A stretch of DNA of 64,000 bases from Narcine bancroftii (GCF_036971445.1 NC_091473.1:200074001-200138000); one strand, 5' to 3'; positions 47,196 to 61,071 are shown, counted from the stretch's first letter. Made by a program: numbers and translations. Notes: a model not told the origin generated them from the letters alone.

Positions 47196-49358
47196 CTACC
47201 TGGTGTGGACCAGCTGGTGTCTCAACAGATGGGAGGACTGGAAAAACCCCTTCCCACACTCGGGGCAGATGAATGGCCTGCCTCTGGTGTGTGCCTGTTG
47301 GTGTCTCAGCAGGCTGGAGGTATGGGTGAAGTCCTTGTCACAGACGGGGCAGGTGAAGGGCCCCTCTCCTTTGTGGGCCTGCTTGTGTATCTCAAGGTTG
47401 GCCAAACTGTTGAAGGTCTTCTTGCACTCAGAGCAGGTGAAGGACCTCTCCCTGGTGTGGATCAGCTGGTGTCTCATCAAGTGGGAGGGCTGAACAAACC
47501 CCTTCCCACAATCAGAGCAGATGAATGGCCTCTCTCCGGTGTGAACCCGTTGGTGTCTCAGCAGGCTGGAGGAATGGATGAAGCCTTTGCTACAGTTGTG
47601 GCAGGTGAAGGGCCTCTCCCCAGAGTGGACCCGCTGGTGAGCCAGCAGTTTGAAGTTATGGGTGAAGCCCTTGCTGCACTTGGAACAGACAAACCGGTTT
47701 TTACTGGTGTGGACCCTCTGATGCCTCTGCAGGCTGGAGGTCTGGTTGAAGCCCTTGCCACACTCAGGGCAGGTGAATGGTTCCTCTCCGGTGTGGACCC
47801 GCAAGTGACTCAAGAGGTTGGAGGATCGGACAAACTTCTTTCCGTACTTGGGGCAGTTGAAGGGTCTCTCCCGGTTGTGGATCAGCTGGTGTCTCAGCAG
47901 GTTGGAGGACTGGATAAACCCCTTCCTACACTTGGGGCAGATGAATGGCCTCTCTCTGGTGTGAACCCGATGGTGTCTCAGCAGGCTGGAGTTATGGGTG
48001 AAGCCTTTGCCACAGTCGTGGCAGGTGAAGGGCCTCTCCCCGGAGTGGACCCGCTGGTGAGCCAACAGTTTGGAGTTCTGGGTGAAGCCCTTGCCACACT
48101 CGGAACAAATGAACGGCTTTTCACCAGTGTGGATCCACTGATGCATACGCAGGTTGGAGACGTGGTTGAAGCCCTTGCCACATTCAGGGCAGGTGAATGG
48201 TTTCTCTCCGGTGTGGACCAGCAAGTGACTCACAAGGTGGGAGGACTGGACAAACAACTTCCCACACTTGGGGCAGGTGAAGGATCTCTCCTGGGTGTGG
48301 ATCAGCTGGTGTCTCAGCAGGTGGGAGGACTGGATAAACCCCTTCCTACACTTGGGGCAGATGAATGGCCTCTCTCTGGTGTGAACCCGTTGGTGTCTCA
48401 GCAGGCTGGAGGTACGGGTGAAGCCTTTGCCACAGTCGTGGCAGGTGAAGGGCCTCTCCCCGGAGTGGACCCGCTGGTGAGCCAACAGTTTGGAGTTCTG
48501 GGTGAAGCCCTTGCCACACTCGGAACAGATGAACGGCTTTTCATCAGTGTGGATCCACTGATGCGTCCGCAGGTTGGAGACATGGTTGAAGCCCTTGCCA
48601 CACTCAGGGCAGGTGAATGGTTTCTCTCCGGTGTGGACCAGCAAGTGACTCACGAGGTGGGAGGACTGGACAAACAGCTTCCCACACTTGGGGCAGGTGA
48701 AGGATCTCTCCTGGGTGTGGATCAGCTGGTGTCTCAGCAGGTGGGAGGACTGGATAAACCCCTTCCTACACTTGGGGCAAATGAATGGCCTCTCTCTGGT
48801 GTGAACCCGTTGGTGTCTCAGCAGGCTGGAGGTACGGGTGAAGCCTTTGCCACAGTCGTGGCAGGTGAAGGGCCTCTCCCCGGAGTGGACCCGCTGGTGA
48901 GCCAACAGTTTGGAGTTCTGGGAGAAGCCCTTGCCACACTCAGAACAGATGAACGGCTTTTCACCAGTGTGGATCCACTGATGCATCCGCAGGTTGGAGA
49001 CGTGGTTGAAGCCCTTGCCACACTCAGGGCAGGTGAATGGTTTCTCTCCGGTGTGGACCAGCAAGTGACTCACAAGGTGGGAGGACTGGACAAACAGCTT
49101 CCCACACTTGGGGCAGGTGAAGGATCTCTCCTGGGTGTGGATCAGCTGGTGTCTCAGCAGGTGGGAGGACTGGATAAATCCCTTTTTGCACTCGGAGCAG
49201 ATGAACGGCCTCTCCCTGGTGTGAACCCGTTGGTGTCTCAGCAGGCTGGACTCGGGGCAGGTGAAGGGCTTCTTCCTGGAGTGGCCCCGCTGGTGTCTCG
49301 TTAACTCATTCGATCTTTTGAAGTTCTTCCCGCAGTCGGAGCACTGAAACGGCTTCAT
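47196..49358 (-). CDS. C2H2 zinc-finger protein, 26 finger units (24 intact), no KRAB seen; 720 aa from the ATG at 49358
   Basis: Long open frame. The start is placed by the conserved acceptor CCCTACAG|CGATG. Unit 2 has an in-frame deletion and unit 19 has C->Y. The ORF ends at a TAG in a linker. Confidence 0.85.
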   Translation of the reverse strand: MKPFQCSDCGKNFKRSNELTRHQRGHSRKKPFTCPESSLLRHQRVHTRERPFICSECKKGFIQSSHLLRHQLIHTQERSFTCPKCGKLFVQSSHLVSHLLVHTGEKPFTCPECGKGFNHVSNLRMHQWIHTGEKPFICSECGKGFSQNSKLLAHQRVHSGERPFTCHDCGKGFTRTSSLLRHQRVHTRERPFICPKCRKGFIQSSHLLRHQLIHTQERSFTCPKCGKLFVQSSHLVSHLLVHTGEKPFTCPECGKGFNHVSNLRTHQWIHTDEKPFICSECGKGFTQNSKLLAHQRVHSGERPFTCHDCGKGFTRTSSLLRHQRVHTRERPFICPKCRKGFIQSSHLLRHQLIHTQERSFTCPKCGKLFVQSSHLVSHLLVHTGEKPFTCPECGKGFNHVSNLRMHQWIHTGEKPFICSECGKGFTQNSKLLAHQRVHSGERPFTCHDCGKGFTHNSSLLRHHRVHTRERPFICPKCRKGFIQSSNLLRHQLIHNRERPFNCPKYGKKFVRSSNLLSHLRVHTGEEPFTCPECGKGFNQTSSLQRHQRVHTSKNRFVCSKCSKGFTHNFKLLAHQRVHSGERPFTCHNCSKGFIHSSSLLRHQRVHTGERPFICSDCGKGFVQPSHLMRHQLIHTRERSFTCSECKKTFNSLANLEIHKQAHKGEGPFTCPVCDKDFTHTSSLLRHQQAHTRGRPFICPECGKGFFQSSHLLRHQLVHTR
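47820..49250 (-). repeat. 420-bp (5-finger) higher-order tandem repeat, 3 near-identical copies plus a partial copy
   Basis: Sequence at 48241, 48661 and 49081 is nearly identical, and the helices QSSHLLR-QSSHLVS-HVSNLRM-QNSKLLA-RTSSLLR repeat. Confidence 0.93.
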
Positions 49359-49360
49359 CG

Positions 49361-50412
49361 CTGTAGGGTCGAGAGGCTGTGAACAGGGGATGAATCCAAT
49401 GCAGTCTTGCCCCAGGGCCACAGCGTGTTCTCAGCACGAAGGAGGCTCCCGGAGAGCTGGGCCCTGGGTTAAATCAACACCGAGACTGGGATAAGGGCCG
49501 GGACTCAGAAGAAGTGTCCTCAAGACGGGCGTTGCAAGCCCCTGAACCACGGAATCCACCCGTTCCGGGATCCGGTCCTGCGCTCTGCAACCAGCGCTGA
49601 ATCGCCTTCGGTCTCAGACCAGTGCTTGAACGGCGCGCGGAGGAAAAATTGTCACACACCAGGATGACGTCACGGAAAAAGGTTCGAGGTCGTTGCCCCC
49701 GCCCTCTGACCTGATTGACAGATGCACTTGGGAGCTCAACCAGATCGGGGAGAGGAGACGCGGGTCGGTTTTAAAGGGAGCCTCGTCCACTGAAGCCGCG
49801 GGAACATGATGGAGGGAGGGAGCGCGGAAATTGGATTCCATCGCCAACATCTCCAGCTGTGTCCGAACCAACGTTTGAGCAGGATGATGCTAAACCCTCT
49901 TTCTCAATCTGCTCTCTCCTTATTGTCCATCACTGAGCCCAGAGCCCGCCCGCCCGACACTCACTGAGCGCAGCTTCACCGCTCACTTTCGGCACCGTTT
50001 GCCTGCGAAAACCCTCAACATGAACTCTGACCGTCTATTCTCCCCATTTCGGGCCAGTTTTATCCCACACTCCCGTTTTCCTTCTTTATTTATCCCCCTC
50101 ACCCTTCGCTGCTTTATTCCCTCTTGTTCCCGCCTCAAATAAAAACTTCGCTTTCCGGATGCAGATTCCACCTGGAAAAGGCTCTGGGAAGCCGCTATGC
50201 GCATGCGCAAGGACGGCTCTGGGCGCCACGCCTCCGATTGATCCTCCTCCAGGGTTGCGACCGCCCGTTACGTGACGGCATGCGCGAACTGGAGCGTGTG
50301 CGCGTTGACGTCACAGGGTCCGTGAGTGGCGTTCCCCTCAGCAACGGGCCGGTCCACGGAGGAGGTCTGGGAATGGAGGTGAGAATTGCCCCGGGTGGGC
50401 GGATGGAACGGG
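49361..50412 (-). promoter_or_regulatory. CpG island, probable promoter, first exon and intron of the minus-strand ZNF gene
   Basis: CpG-rich. NRF1 palindrome TGCGCATGCGCA at ~50198, CRE TGACGTCA at ~49665 and ~50306. Homologous to 12060-13063. Confidence 0.68.
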
Positions 50413-50768
50413 NNNNNNNNNNNNNNNNNNNNNNNNNNNNNNNNNNNNNNNNNNNNNNNNNNNNNNNNNNNNNNNNNNNNNNNNNNNNNNNNNNNNNNNN
50501 NNNNNNNNNNNNNNNNNNNNNNNNNNNNNNNNNNNNNNNNNNNNNNNNNNNNNNNNNNNNNNNNNNNNNNNNNNNNNNNNNNNNNNNNNNNNNNNNNNNN
50601 NNNNNNNNNNNNNNNNNNNNNNNNNNNNNNNNNNNNNNNNNNNNNNNNNNNNNNNNNNNNNNNNNNNNNNNNNNNNNNNNNNNNNNNNNNNNNNNNNNNN
50701 NNNNNNNNNNNNNNNNNNNNNNNNNNNNNNNNNNNNNNNNNNNNNNNNNNNNNNNNNNNNNNNNNNNN
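50413..50768. other. Assembly gap (356 N)
   Basis: Run of N. Confidence 1.
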
Positions 50769-51030
50769 AGGGGACGAGGGGAGGGGAAGGGGAGGGGAGG
50801 GGACGAGGGGAGGGGAAGGGGAGGGCAGGGGGGGGGAAGGGGAGGGGAGGGCAGGGGGGGAAGGGGAGGGGAGGGCAGGGGGGGAAGGGGAGGGGAGGGG
50901 AGTGGACGGGGGGGAAGGGGAGGGGAGAGGAGGGGACGGGGGGGGGAGGGGAGGGGAGAGGAGGGGACGGGGGGGGGAGGGGAGGGGACGGGGGGGAAGG
51001 GGAGGGGAGGGGACGGGGTGAGGGGAGGGA
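50769..51030 (+). repeat. Polypurine (GGGGA)n low-complexity tract
   Basis: Almost pure G/A tract adjoining the gap. Confidence 0.9.
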
Positions 51031-51227
51031 CCGCTCCTCCTGTCACACGGGGATGGGGGAGGAATCAGGGAGAATGGTCCCTGACAACACCGTGTACAGC
51101 GAATGTTTCTGGCTGTAGCCCCTGTCCCACCGGCCTCACGGATGGGTGGGGGCAGCAGTCGGACTGACGGGGGGAGGGGGACAGAGGGCAGACAGGGTCC
51201 CACGCAGGAGGGGCAGGGACGGTGTCC

Positions 51228-51297
51228 CACCAGGGTGAGGCCGTTCACCTGGTACTAGAAGGAGTTCACCCAGTCAAACAATAGCGAGTTCATACAG
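51228..51297 (+). pseudogene. Remnant terminal zinc finger of a further ZNF copy
   Basis: ACCAGGGTGAGGCCGTTCACC...TTCACCCAGTCA...CGAGTTCATACA followed by the shared 3' flank unit. Confidence 0.65.
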
Positions 51298-51956
51298 ATA
51301 GTTTGCAGAGTGTAGAATATTTAAACATCACTCCCTCAAACACCAGGAGGGACTGGAGTCTTGTGGTTATTGAGGAAACAAATCAAAACGCGTCAGGTTT
51401 TGTTGTCAACTTGCAATTTGTTTTCAGGTTCAAGTTTATTGTCATTTGTACAAAGGTGCAGTGAGGGAGTTGTTGTCCAGCTGGACATCCTGTATATCGT
51501 CCAGCAAATAAGTCACAGTGAGGGGTGCAAGTTCCTGGGACAGATCAGTGGTTACAAGGCAAAAGCAGCATTATTTTACAAGTGTGAGTATTATTCAAGA
51601 ATCTGATAACAATGGGAAAAGAACTGTCCTTGACTCTCACTGGAGAATCTTCTCCATGGGGAGGAGGGTAAAGTGAGTGTGCCTGGGGAGGGGTGAGTCT
51701 TTTAATATGTTGGTTGCTTTTCCAAGGCAGCGGGAAGTGGAGGTGGAATGGATTTTCTCCATCAATGTTAGTGACTCTGATTAAATATTTTAAAAATTTA
51801 ACAATACAGCACGGTTGAAGGCTCTTGGGTCCATGAAACCCATGCTACCCAATTAAACTACCCATCACAGGGGGAACATACAGACTCTTTACAGATGGGA
51901 CTGGATTCAAACCTGGGTCACTGATGCTATAATAGTGTTTTGCTAACCATTCCACC

Positions 51957-52550
51957 TGTGAAATATAAAGTGTGAACAATCACTACTCTGGAGACAAAGT
52001 CTTGAAGAACAGGTTCAGCTTTATTTCGAGTCGGCAGAGTCGCGTGTCCCTGGTCTGTAGCCACACCGGAGGTTCAGAATCATCACTCTCTTGTACAGTC
52101 CCACGTTCAATATCACCCAACTTCATTTACCTTCTTCCAATCAGAATCCTAATACATTACAACATTCTCCTTTTCCTTCCATCAATACAGGTATCACTCA
52201 GTTCCTCCCTCTCCATACATCGTATGTTACGCCACAGGGGAGTCTATATCCTAGCAAGATAGACAGTGAACCGCTGTGTGATCTGTTTAAAGGTTAATAA
52301 GAATGTTATGTTATGTTAATTAGTTCATTCCCTCCTTAGGGAATATTCATGTCACTATTAAACAAGCTATAGACTGCCTTGGGTCACTTACCAGCCTGAA
52401 CCATATCCTTGTAATCCTTGGGGCTCCTGATAAGAAGAGGCCGGCCTATTAGCTAGTATTGTGTGTTTTCAAGCTCTCATCTACATTCTTTGCATTCCAT
52501 CTCTTTTCACAAAATGGTGCAAGTTTAATCATCTTCAACTATATTTCACA
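51957..52550 (-). repeat. 3' LTR of ERV copy B
   Basis: 10-bp perfect terminal inverted repeat and adjacent PPT. Confidence 0.92.
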
Positions 52551-53850
52551 ATTCCTCCCTTTTCTCTTTACTGTGTATTTCTGATTAAACTGTATTATTG
52601 TTCACCTTTTGTTTCCTCAAATTGTTGTAACATGAGTTTAATTTGTCTTTGTTTTTTAATACCATCTGCTGAGCAAATTAATCTAGTGATAACACATCGT
52701 AGGATGGCCAATCCAATAATCATTAAACCATATATTGCAAGGTGCATTAACCATGGCCCCCAACCTCTGAAATTCCAATGTCCCCATATTTGTCATCAGC
52801 CTCCCAGATTTTCTGTCTTACTTTTTAGTATGGACCACCAAATCTGAGATATTAGCTGATTCATCCAGGATGTATGTGCACATTCAGAGCCAATTAAAGC
52901 ACAAGTCCCCCTTCTCTCTGCTAAAATAAAATCACATGCCATGCGATTTTGGAGGACTGTAAGTCGAATGGTGGCCATTACTGAAGTTATTGCCCAGATT
53001 TGAGATTGGGCTTCCCCAAGTGCCAGGTCTGTAGCATTTACTAGTTTGTCTAAGGTGGCTGCTAATTCTTGAATCTCAACCCCAGCTCGTGTGGCTCCAT
53101 ATGCCGAGAAAAAAATCCACATGAGACGATCGCCTTCTTTTGCTTTGCCCATGGGACGAGACTATACAGGTAGCTGGTTAAGAACATGGACATGGGGAAT
53201 TAAGTACGCCAGGTAACAGCATCCACTCCAACCTTGAGGTGAACGGGTCAATTTAAACCCTTTTGTCTGATTTCAACATTCCATTTCCCCGGGTATATAT
53301 ATATCAAATAATTCGTGTAGAGAGAGAGGGACTGCTACTAAGGGGACTCGTGACTTGCCATGGTGTGGTATTTTCGCACATACCCAACAATCTGTTTGAT
53401 TTTGGTTTTTAGCATAATTAGTACATAGAGAGATAAAATAATTTTTAGGTTCAACATGCAAAACTATGATATGTTTAAGTACAAATTGAGATAGTAAGTG
53501 TAAAAGTTCATTATTGTAGTTTTCTGTCCCTTTTTACTCCTCTTTCTTTCTCTCTGCAGTTGGTGGTGGGTCCACTGGTCCCTTTATTCTTGAAGTGCGT
53601 GTCCACCCCTTTTCCTTTGTTCGGACTGCTGTTTCTGTGGTCAACAGTACCAGATATGATCCGTTCCACCGGGGCTGAAGCTTTTCTTCTTTCCACAATT
53701 TGATCAGGATCCAGTCACCAGCAGTCACAGAGTGGATAGGGAAATCCAGAGGAGGGCTCTGCGCCAGGAGACCCTTAGCTTTTAAATCTGCAAGAGAACG
53801 AGAGACTGCCAGTAAATAGTTCCTTAAAAACACACCATTACTTTCAACTG

Positions 53851-54085
53851 TGTGGGCAGCAACCTCCTTTGAAGAAGACCGCAGAGCCCACCTCACTGAC
53901 AAAAGACAAAAGAGGAAAAACCCAACACCCAACCCCAACCAACCAATTTTCCCTTTCAAACGCTGCAACCATGCCTGCCTGTCCCGCATCGGACTTTTCA
54001 GTCACCAACGAGCCTGCAGCAGGCGTGGACATACCCCTCCATAAATCTTCGTCCGCGAAGCCAAGCCAAAGAAAAAAGAAGAAAA
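53851..54085 (+). mobile_element. 5'-truncated RTE LINE 3' end inserted in ERV B integrase
   Basis: Same C-terminus as 22735-22934, A/G-rich tail, absent at the equivalent ERV A site (~4010). Confidence 0.88.
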
Positions 54086-55634
54086 AGGTATTCCTTCTAC
54101 CCACCCCAAATATGGGAGTCCAAATAACATCTCATAAGGGGAATTATAACGTCTTATTGTGGGGCTGTCCAAATTCTGAAAAGAGCTATCAGTAAGGGTA
54201 ATTTAGTTTCTTCTTTTACTTTTGTAATTTGCCTTTTTAAAATGGCATTCATTCGCATTCACTCTTCCCGAACTCTGTGGATGCCATGGTGTATGCAGCT
54301 TCCATTCTATCCCTAAGGCTTCACAGACCAGGCTGTGAATTTTAGAAGCGAAGTGCATTCCCCAATCTGAATCGATGGACTCGGCTATTATATATCAGGG
54401 CACAATTTGTTCCAGAATTATTTTTGCCACTGCTTGTGCAGTGGCAGTGGCAGTGGGGAACGCTTCGACCCATCTCGTGAAGTGGACCACTATTACTAGT
54501 AGAAATTTCCATCGCTGGACCTTAGGGAGTTTGGTGAAATCCACTTGTATCCGCTGAAATGGCTGGATTGCTAAAGGTTGTCCTCCTCCAGGTATAGCTT
54601 TCATAACTTTCTTATTAACCTTTAAACAGATCACACAGCGGTTCACTGTCTATCTTGCTAGGATATAGACTCCCCTGTGGCGTAAGTTCATAAGAATGCA
54701 TCACACAGTGCTCGTGCTCCCCAGCCGGGTGATTTCTTTATTTAACAATTGTCTTCCATTGGGGAGCCACCATTTTCCACCTTCTGTCTTCTTTGCTCCC
54801 ATCTTTTCCATTTGTTCTTCTTCAGGGAGGGAAAAGATAGGCACCTTCTCTGAGAGGTATCAGAGTCATCATGTTCACTGTTCCTGATTGTGCTGCTTGT
54901 CGGGCCAGTTCATCAGCCATCCGATTTCCTTGCTCTTCTGGTACATGTACTCCCAGACTGGTACATGTACTATGGCAATTCTTTCTGGTTTGATTAATGC
55001 TTCCAAAGTCTTTTCAATTAATTGCTCATGAGCTAGTTCTTTTCCTCTCGCTGTTATCATCCCCCGTTCTTTCCAATTTTTCCCAAATGCGTGAACCTCA
55101 CCAAATGCATATTTCGAATCTGTATATATGGTACGTTCCTGCCCTTCCAACAGTTCCAGGGCTTTCATTAGGGAATATAACTTGCAGGACTGAGCAGACC
55201 AGCTGCCAGGCAGACGCCCAGTTTCCACCTCGGTTCCGGTAACTCCATCAATGATAAGCATATCCAATGAATCTCTTTCCATCTGTACAGTTTGACGATC
55301 CATTTATGAACCACCATTGTCCTTCCGAGAGGGCCTCCTCTTCTAAGTCATATTGACTTTTCATTTGTAGCTCAACCACCTCGCTACAAGTCAAGCCCTG
55401 AGTCCTCTGGTTCTTTATCTTCTCCTGACGAGTACAGGAACTGTGAAGGATTCAGACTTTTATCTGTACAAATAGTTAAGTCATCTTTTTCCATTAAGAT
55501 TGTCTCATACTTTAAAATTCTCGAGTCTGTCAACCATCTGTGAGATTTCTGAGTTAAAATGGTTCTGACAGTGTGGGGAGTGAATACAATCAGACACCCT
55601 CCAAAGGTAAATTTTCGGCTTTCTTCCACTAATA

Positions 55635-56186
55635 TAGGTACACGATCCTTTATCTGGAACCCTTGAGGGACAGTGTGTTCTGAATTTTAGATTTTTCCGG
55701 ATTTTGGAAAGCCCACCTGAATTGTGCTGCTGTATCCACCCCCATCCCTGTCCAGTCTCCCAGCTGTCTCGCCATTCGGCCGTCTCGCCACACCGCGGTC
55801 CCGCGGCCGTCTCGCCCCACCACGGTCCCGCGGCCGTCTCGCCCCACCGCGGTCCCGCGGCCGTCTCGCCCCCACCGCGGTCCCGCGGCCGTCTCGCCCC
55901 CACCGCGGTCCCGCGGCCGTCTCGCCCCCACCGCGGTCCCGCGGCCGTCTCGCCCCCACCGCGGTCCCGCGGCCGTCTCGCCCCCACCGCGGTCCCGCGG
56001 CCGTCTCGCCCCCACCGCGGTCCCGCGGCCGTCTCGCCCCCACCGCGGTCCCGCGGCCGTCTCGCGCCCGGCAGTTTCCCCCAACCGACTTCCTCGACCG
56101 CCTGGCAGTCTACCCTGGCGGTCTCCCCTTACCGGATTTTGAAGCTTTCTGTATTTTAGATGTCCGGATAAAGAATCATGTAATTG
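55635..56186. mobile_element. Tigger/Tc1-mariner-like MITE in ERV B pol
   Basis: TIR TAGGTACACGATCCTTTATCTGGA / TCCGGATAAAGAATCATGTAATTG with TA on both sides. Absent at ERV A ~4812. Confidence 0.8.
55777..56066. repeat. 28-bp CpG-rich minisatellite (CCGCGGTCCCGCGGCCGTCTCGCCCCCA) x~10
   Basis: Direct tandem array. Confidence 0.93.
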
Positions 56187-56895
56187 TATTGGCATGGCTG
56201 CTACTGCTTGAATGCATTCTGGCCACACTAGTGATACTGGGTCCAACATTTTTGGGAGGAATGCCACAGGTTGCCTGCCTTTGGCCTCCTCTTTTCTGAG
56301 CTAGCACTCCCAAAGCTATCCCTTTTTCCACATTTACAAACAAGTGGAAAGGCTGATTAATAACAGGCAAAGCCAGGACCGGAGCATTAATCAAGTCTTT
56401 CTTCAAGCGATTACATTCCTGCTGTTCCTCTAGTTTCCACTCCACATTTTCTTTTTCGCTTCCCAGTTTTTCATGTAAGAATCGGACTTTCTGTTCGTAT
56501 CTATCTATCCACAGTCAGCAATACCACTGTAGGTATAGACAGACCAGTGATACCAGCAATTCGTTCAGGTCCGATTCCCTTTTTCCCTTGACTAATCAAG
56601 TATCTCAAATACCTTACTTCCTGTTCCACGAATTGCAATTTGTTCGGAGAAACACTTAACCCTTTCTCTCCCAAGAAGTTTAGCAACTCGATGGTGGATT
56701 TGTGAACTTCATTTTCCTTTGTTCCTGAAATCAACAGATCATCTACATACTGTATTAACTATGTTCCTGTAGTTCTTGGGTGTTCTTCTAATACTTGCTC
56801 TAAAATTTGTCCAAATAGATCGGGAGATTCTGTAAACCCATGAGGGATGACTGTCCATCGATACTGCTGTTTTCTTCCCGAGTGAGGGTCCTCCC

Positions 56896-57370
56896 ACTCT
56901 AACCATATAACCACTTACAGCACAGAACAAGCCAGTTCGGCCCTACTAGTCCATGTCGTAACAAATCCCCACCCTCCTAGTCCCACTGACCAGCACCCGG
57001 TCCATACCCCTCCATTCCTCTCCTCTCCATGTAACTATCCAGTCTATCCTTAAATGTAACCAATGATCCCGCCTCGACCACGTCTGTCGGAAGCTCATTC
57101 CACATCTCCACCACCCTTTGCGTAAAGAAATTTCCCCTCATGTTCCCCTTATAATTTTCCCCCTTCAATCTTAAACCATGCCCTCTAGTTTGAATCTCCC
57201 CCACTCTTAATTGAAAAAGCCTATCCACATTTATTCTGTCTGTCCCTTTTAAAATCTTAAACACCTCTATCAAGTCCCCCCTCAATCTTCTAAGGTCCAG
57301 AGAAAAAAGCCCTAGTCTGCACAACCTTTCCCTAACTCAAACCTTGAAATCCTGTCAACATTCTCGTGAA
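56896..57370 (-). mobile_element. CR1 LINE 3' end
   Basis: RLGLFSLDLRRLRGDLIEVFKIL...TRGH...FFTQRVVEMWNELP. Confidence 0.88.
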
Positions 57371-57630
57371 TGCTGAATTAAGGTAAGGGGTTTTGATATT
57401 TACAAAGTGAAATGCAGCAATCCTGAGAACAGTTCTGTAAAGTAAATATGACTGGCTGGTGTTTCCTCTCACAGTTAAAGGGAGGCTCAGCAGGCAGCAG
57501 ATAAGCTGCAATGGAGTTCAAGAACGCAATATTTTACATTCCCATCTTTATCACAAAACTAATAGCATTCTCTGTATTTGAGCCAGTATATCTTAGGATT
57601 GAAGTTTTTATTTAGACACTGGTGTAACAT

Positions 57631-60118
<2,488 letters not shown>

Positions 60119-61071
60119 TTTTTTTTTAATTTTATTTTTCATACTATAAACCACATTGATCAAGATACATACATTTTCCTTTTCAAATATATACAGTGTC
60201 GTTTTCTCCCCTCCCTACCTCCCCTCCCATTCATTTAAAGTTCAGAATCTAAGATACATTAAACCCGTCAAACAATGTTGTCACTCAATAAAAACAAACA
60301 AGAAATTCCACTGAGTCAGTTCTTTTCATTCTCTTCTCCTGTCATTTTAGGTGGTAGATGTCCACGGTAGGTTTTCTTTATTGTGTTTCATGTATGGCTC
60401 CCATATTTGTTCAAATATTGTAATATTATTTCTTAAATTATATGTTATTTTTTCTAATGGAATACATTTATTCATTTCTATATACCATTGTTGTATTCTC
60501 AAGTTATCTTCTAATTTACAGACTGACATAATACATTTTTTTGCTACAGCAAGGGCTATCCTAACAAATCTTTTTTGTGCACCATCCAAATCAAGTCCAA
60601 ATTCTTTGCTTTTTATGTTACTTAGGAGGAAGATCTCTGGGTTTTTTGGTATATTACTTTTTGTGATTTTATTTAATATCTGGTTTAGATCTTCCCAAAA
60701 TTTTTTGTCCAGATTGCATGAATTGTTGTTCCCATTTCCTTTTTACAGCGAAAACATCTGTCAGATACTGTTGGGTCCCATTTATTTAACTTTTGAGGTG
60801 TAATATATAACCTGTGTATCCAGTTATATTGTATCATACGTATCCTCGTATTTATTGTATTTCTCATAGTTCCTCGTTCTCCTTTTCTTGTAGTTTAATA
60901 TACATGTTTGTTACAAATTTTTTGATTATCATTGTGTCTGTAATCACATATTCAAAATTACTTCCCTCTGGTAACCTCAGACTGCTTCACAATTTGTCCT
61001 TCAAGTAGGATTTCAGTTGGTAGTATGCCAACACTGTATCGTGAGTTATATTATATTTATCCTTAAATATA
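60119..61071 (-). mobile_element. L1-clade LINE 3' end
   Basis: Poly(T) at 60119 and RIRMIQYNWIHRLYITPQKLNKWDPTVSDRCFRCKKEMGT. Confidence 0.88.

Larger units (their letters stand above)
51957..56895 (-). mobile_element. ERV copy B (same family as 2666-8476): 3' LTR, env, integrase, RNase H and part of RT; 5' half missing
   Basis: LTR 51957-52550 with TGTGAAATAT...ATATTTCACA, PPT at 52551-52568, env LQNRMA, integrase RIQVDFT...RWVEAFP, RT YVDDLL. Confidence 0.93.

Noticed and set aside
47049-49304. 751-aa plus-strand ORF
   Set aside because: Antisense shadow of the zinc-finger repeats, with no independent protein features.
49359-49421. N-terminal extension MALGQDC... of the 741-aa ORF
   Set aside because: It starts at a non-ATG codon upstream of the conserved splice acceptor, so it is probably intronic.
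50124-51248. ORFs spanning the N gap
   Set aside because: Artefacts of Ns and low-complexity sequence.
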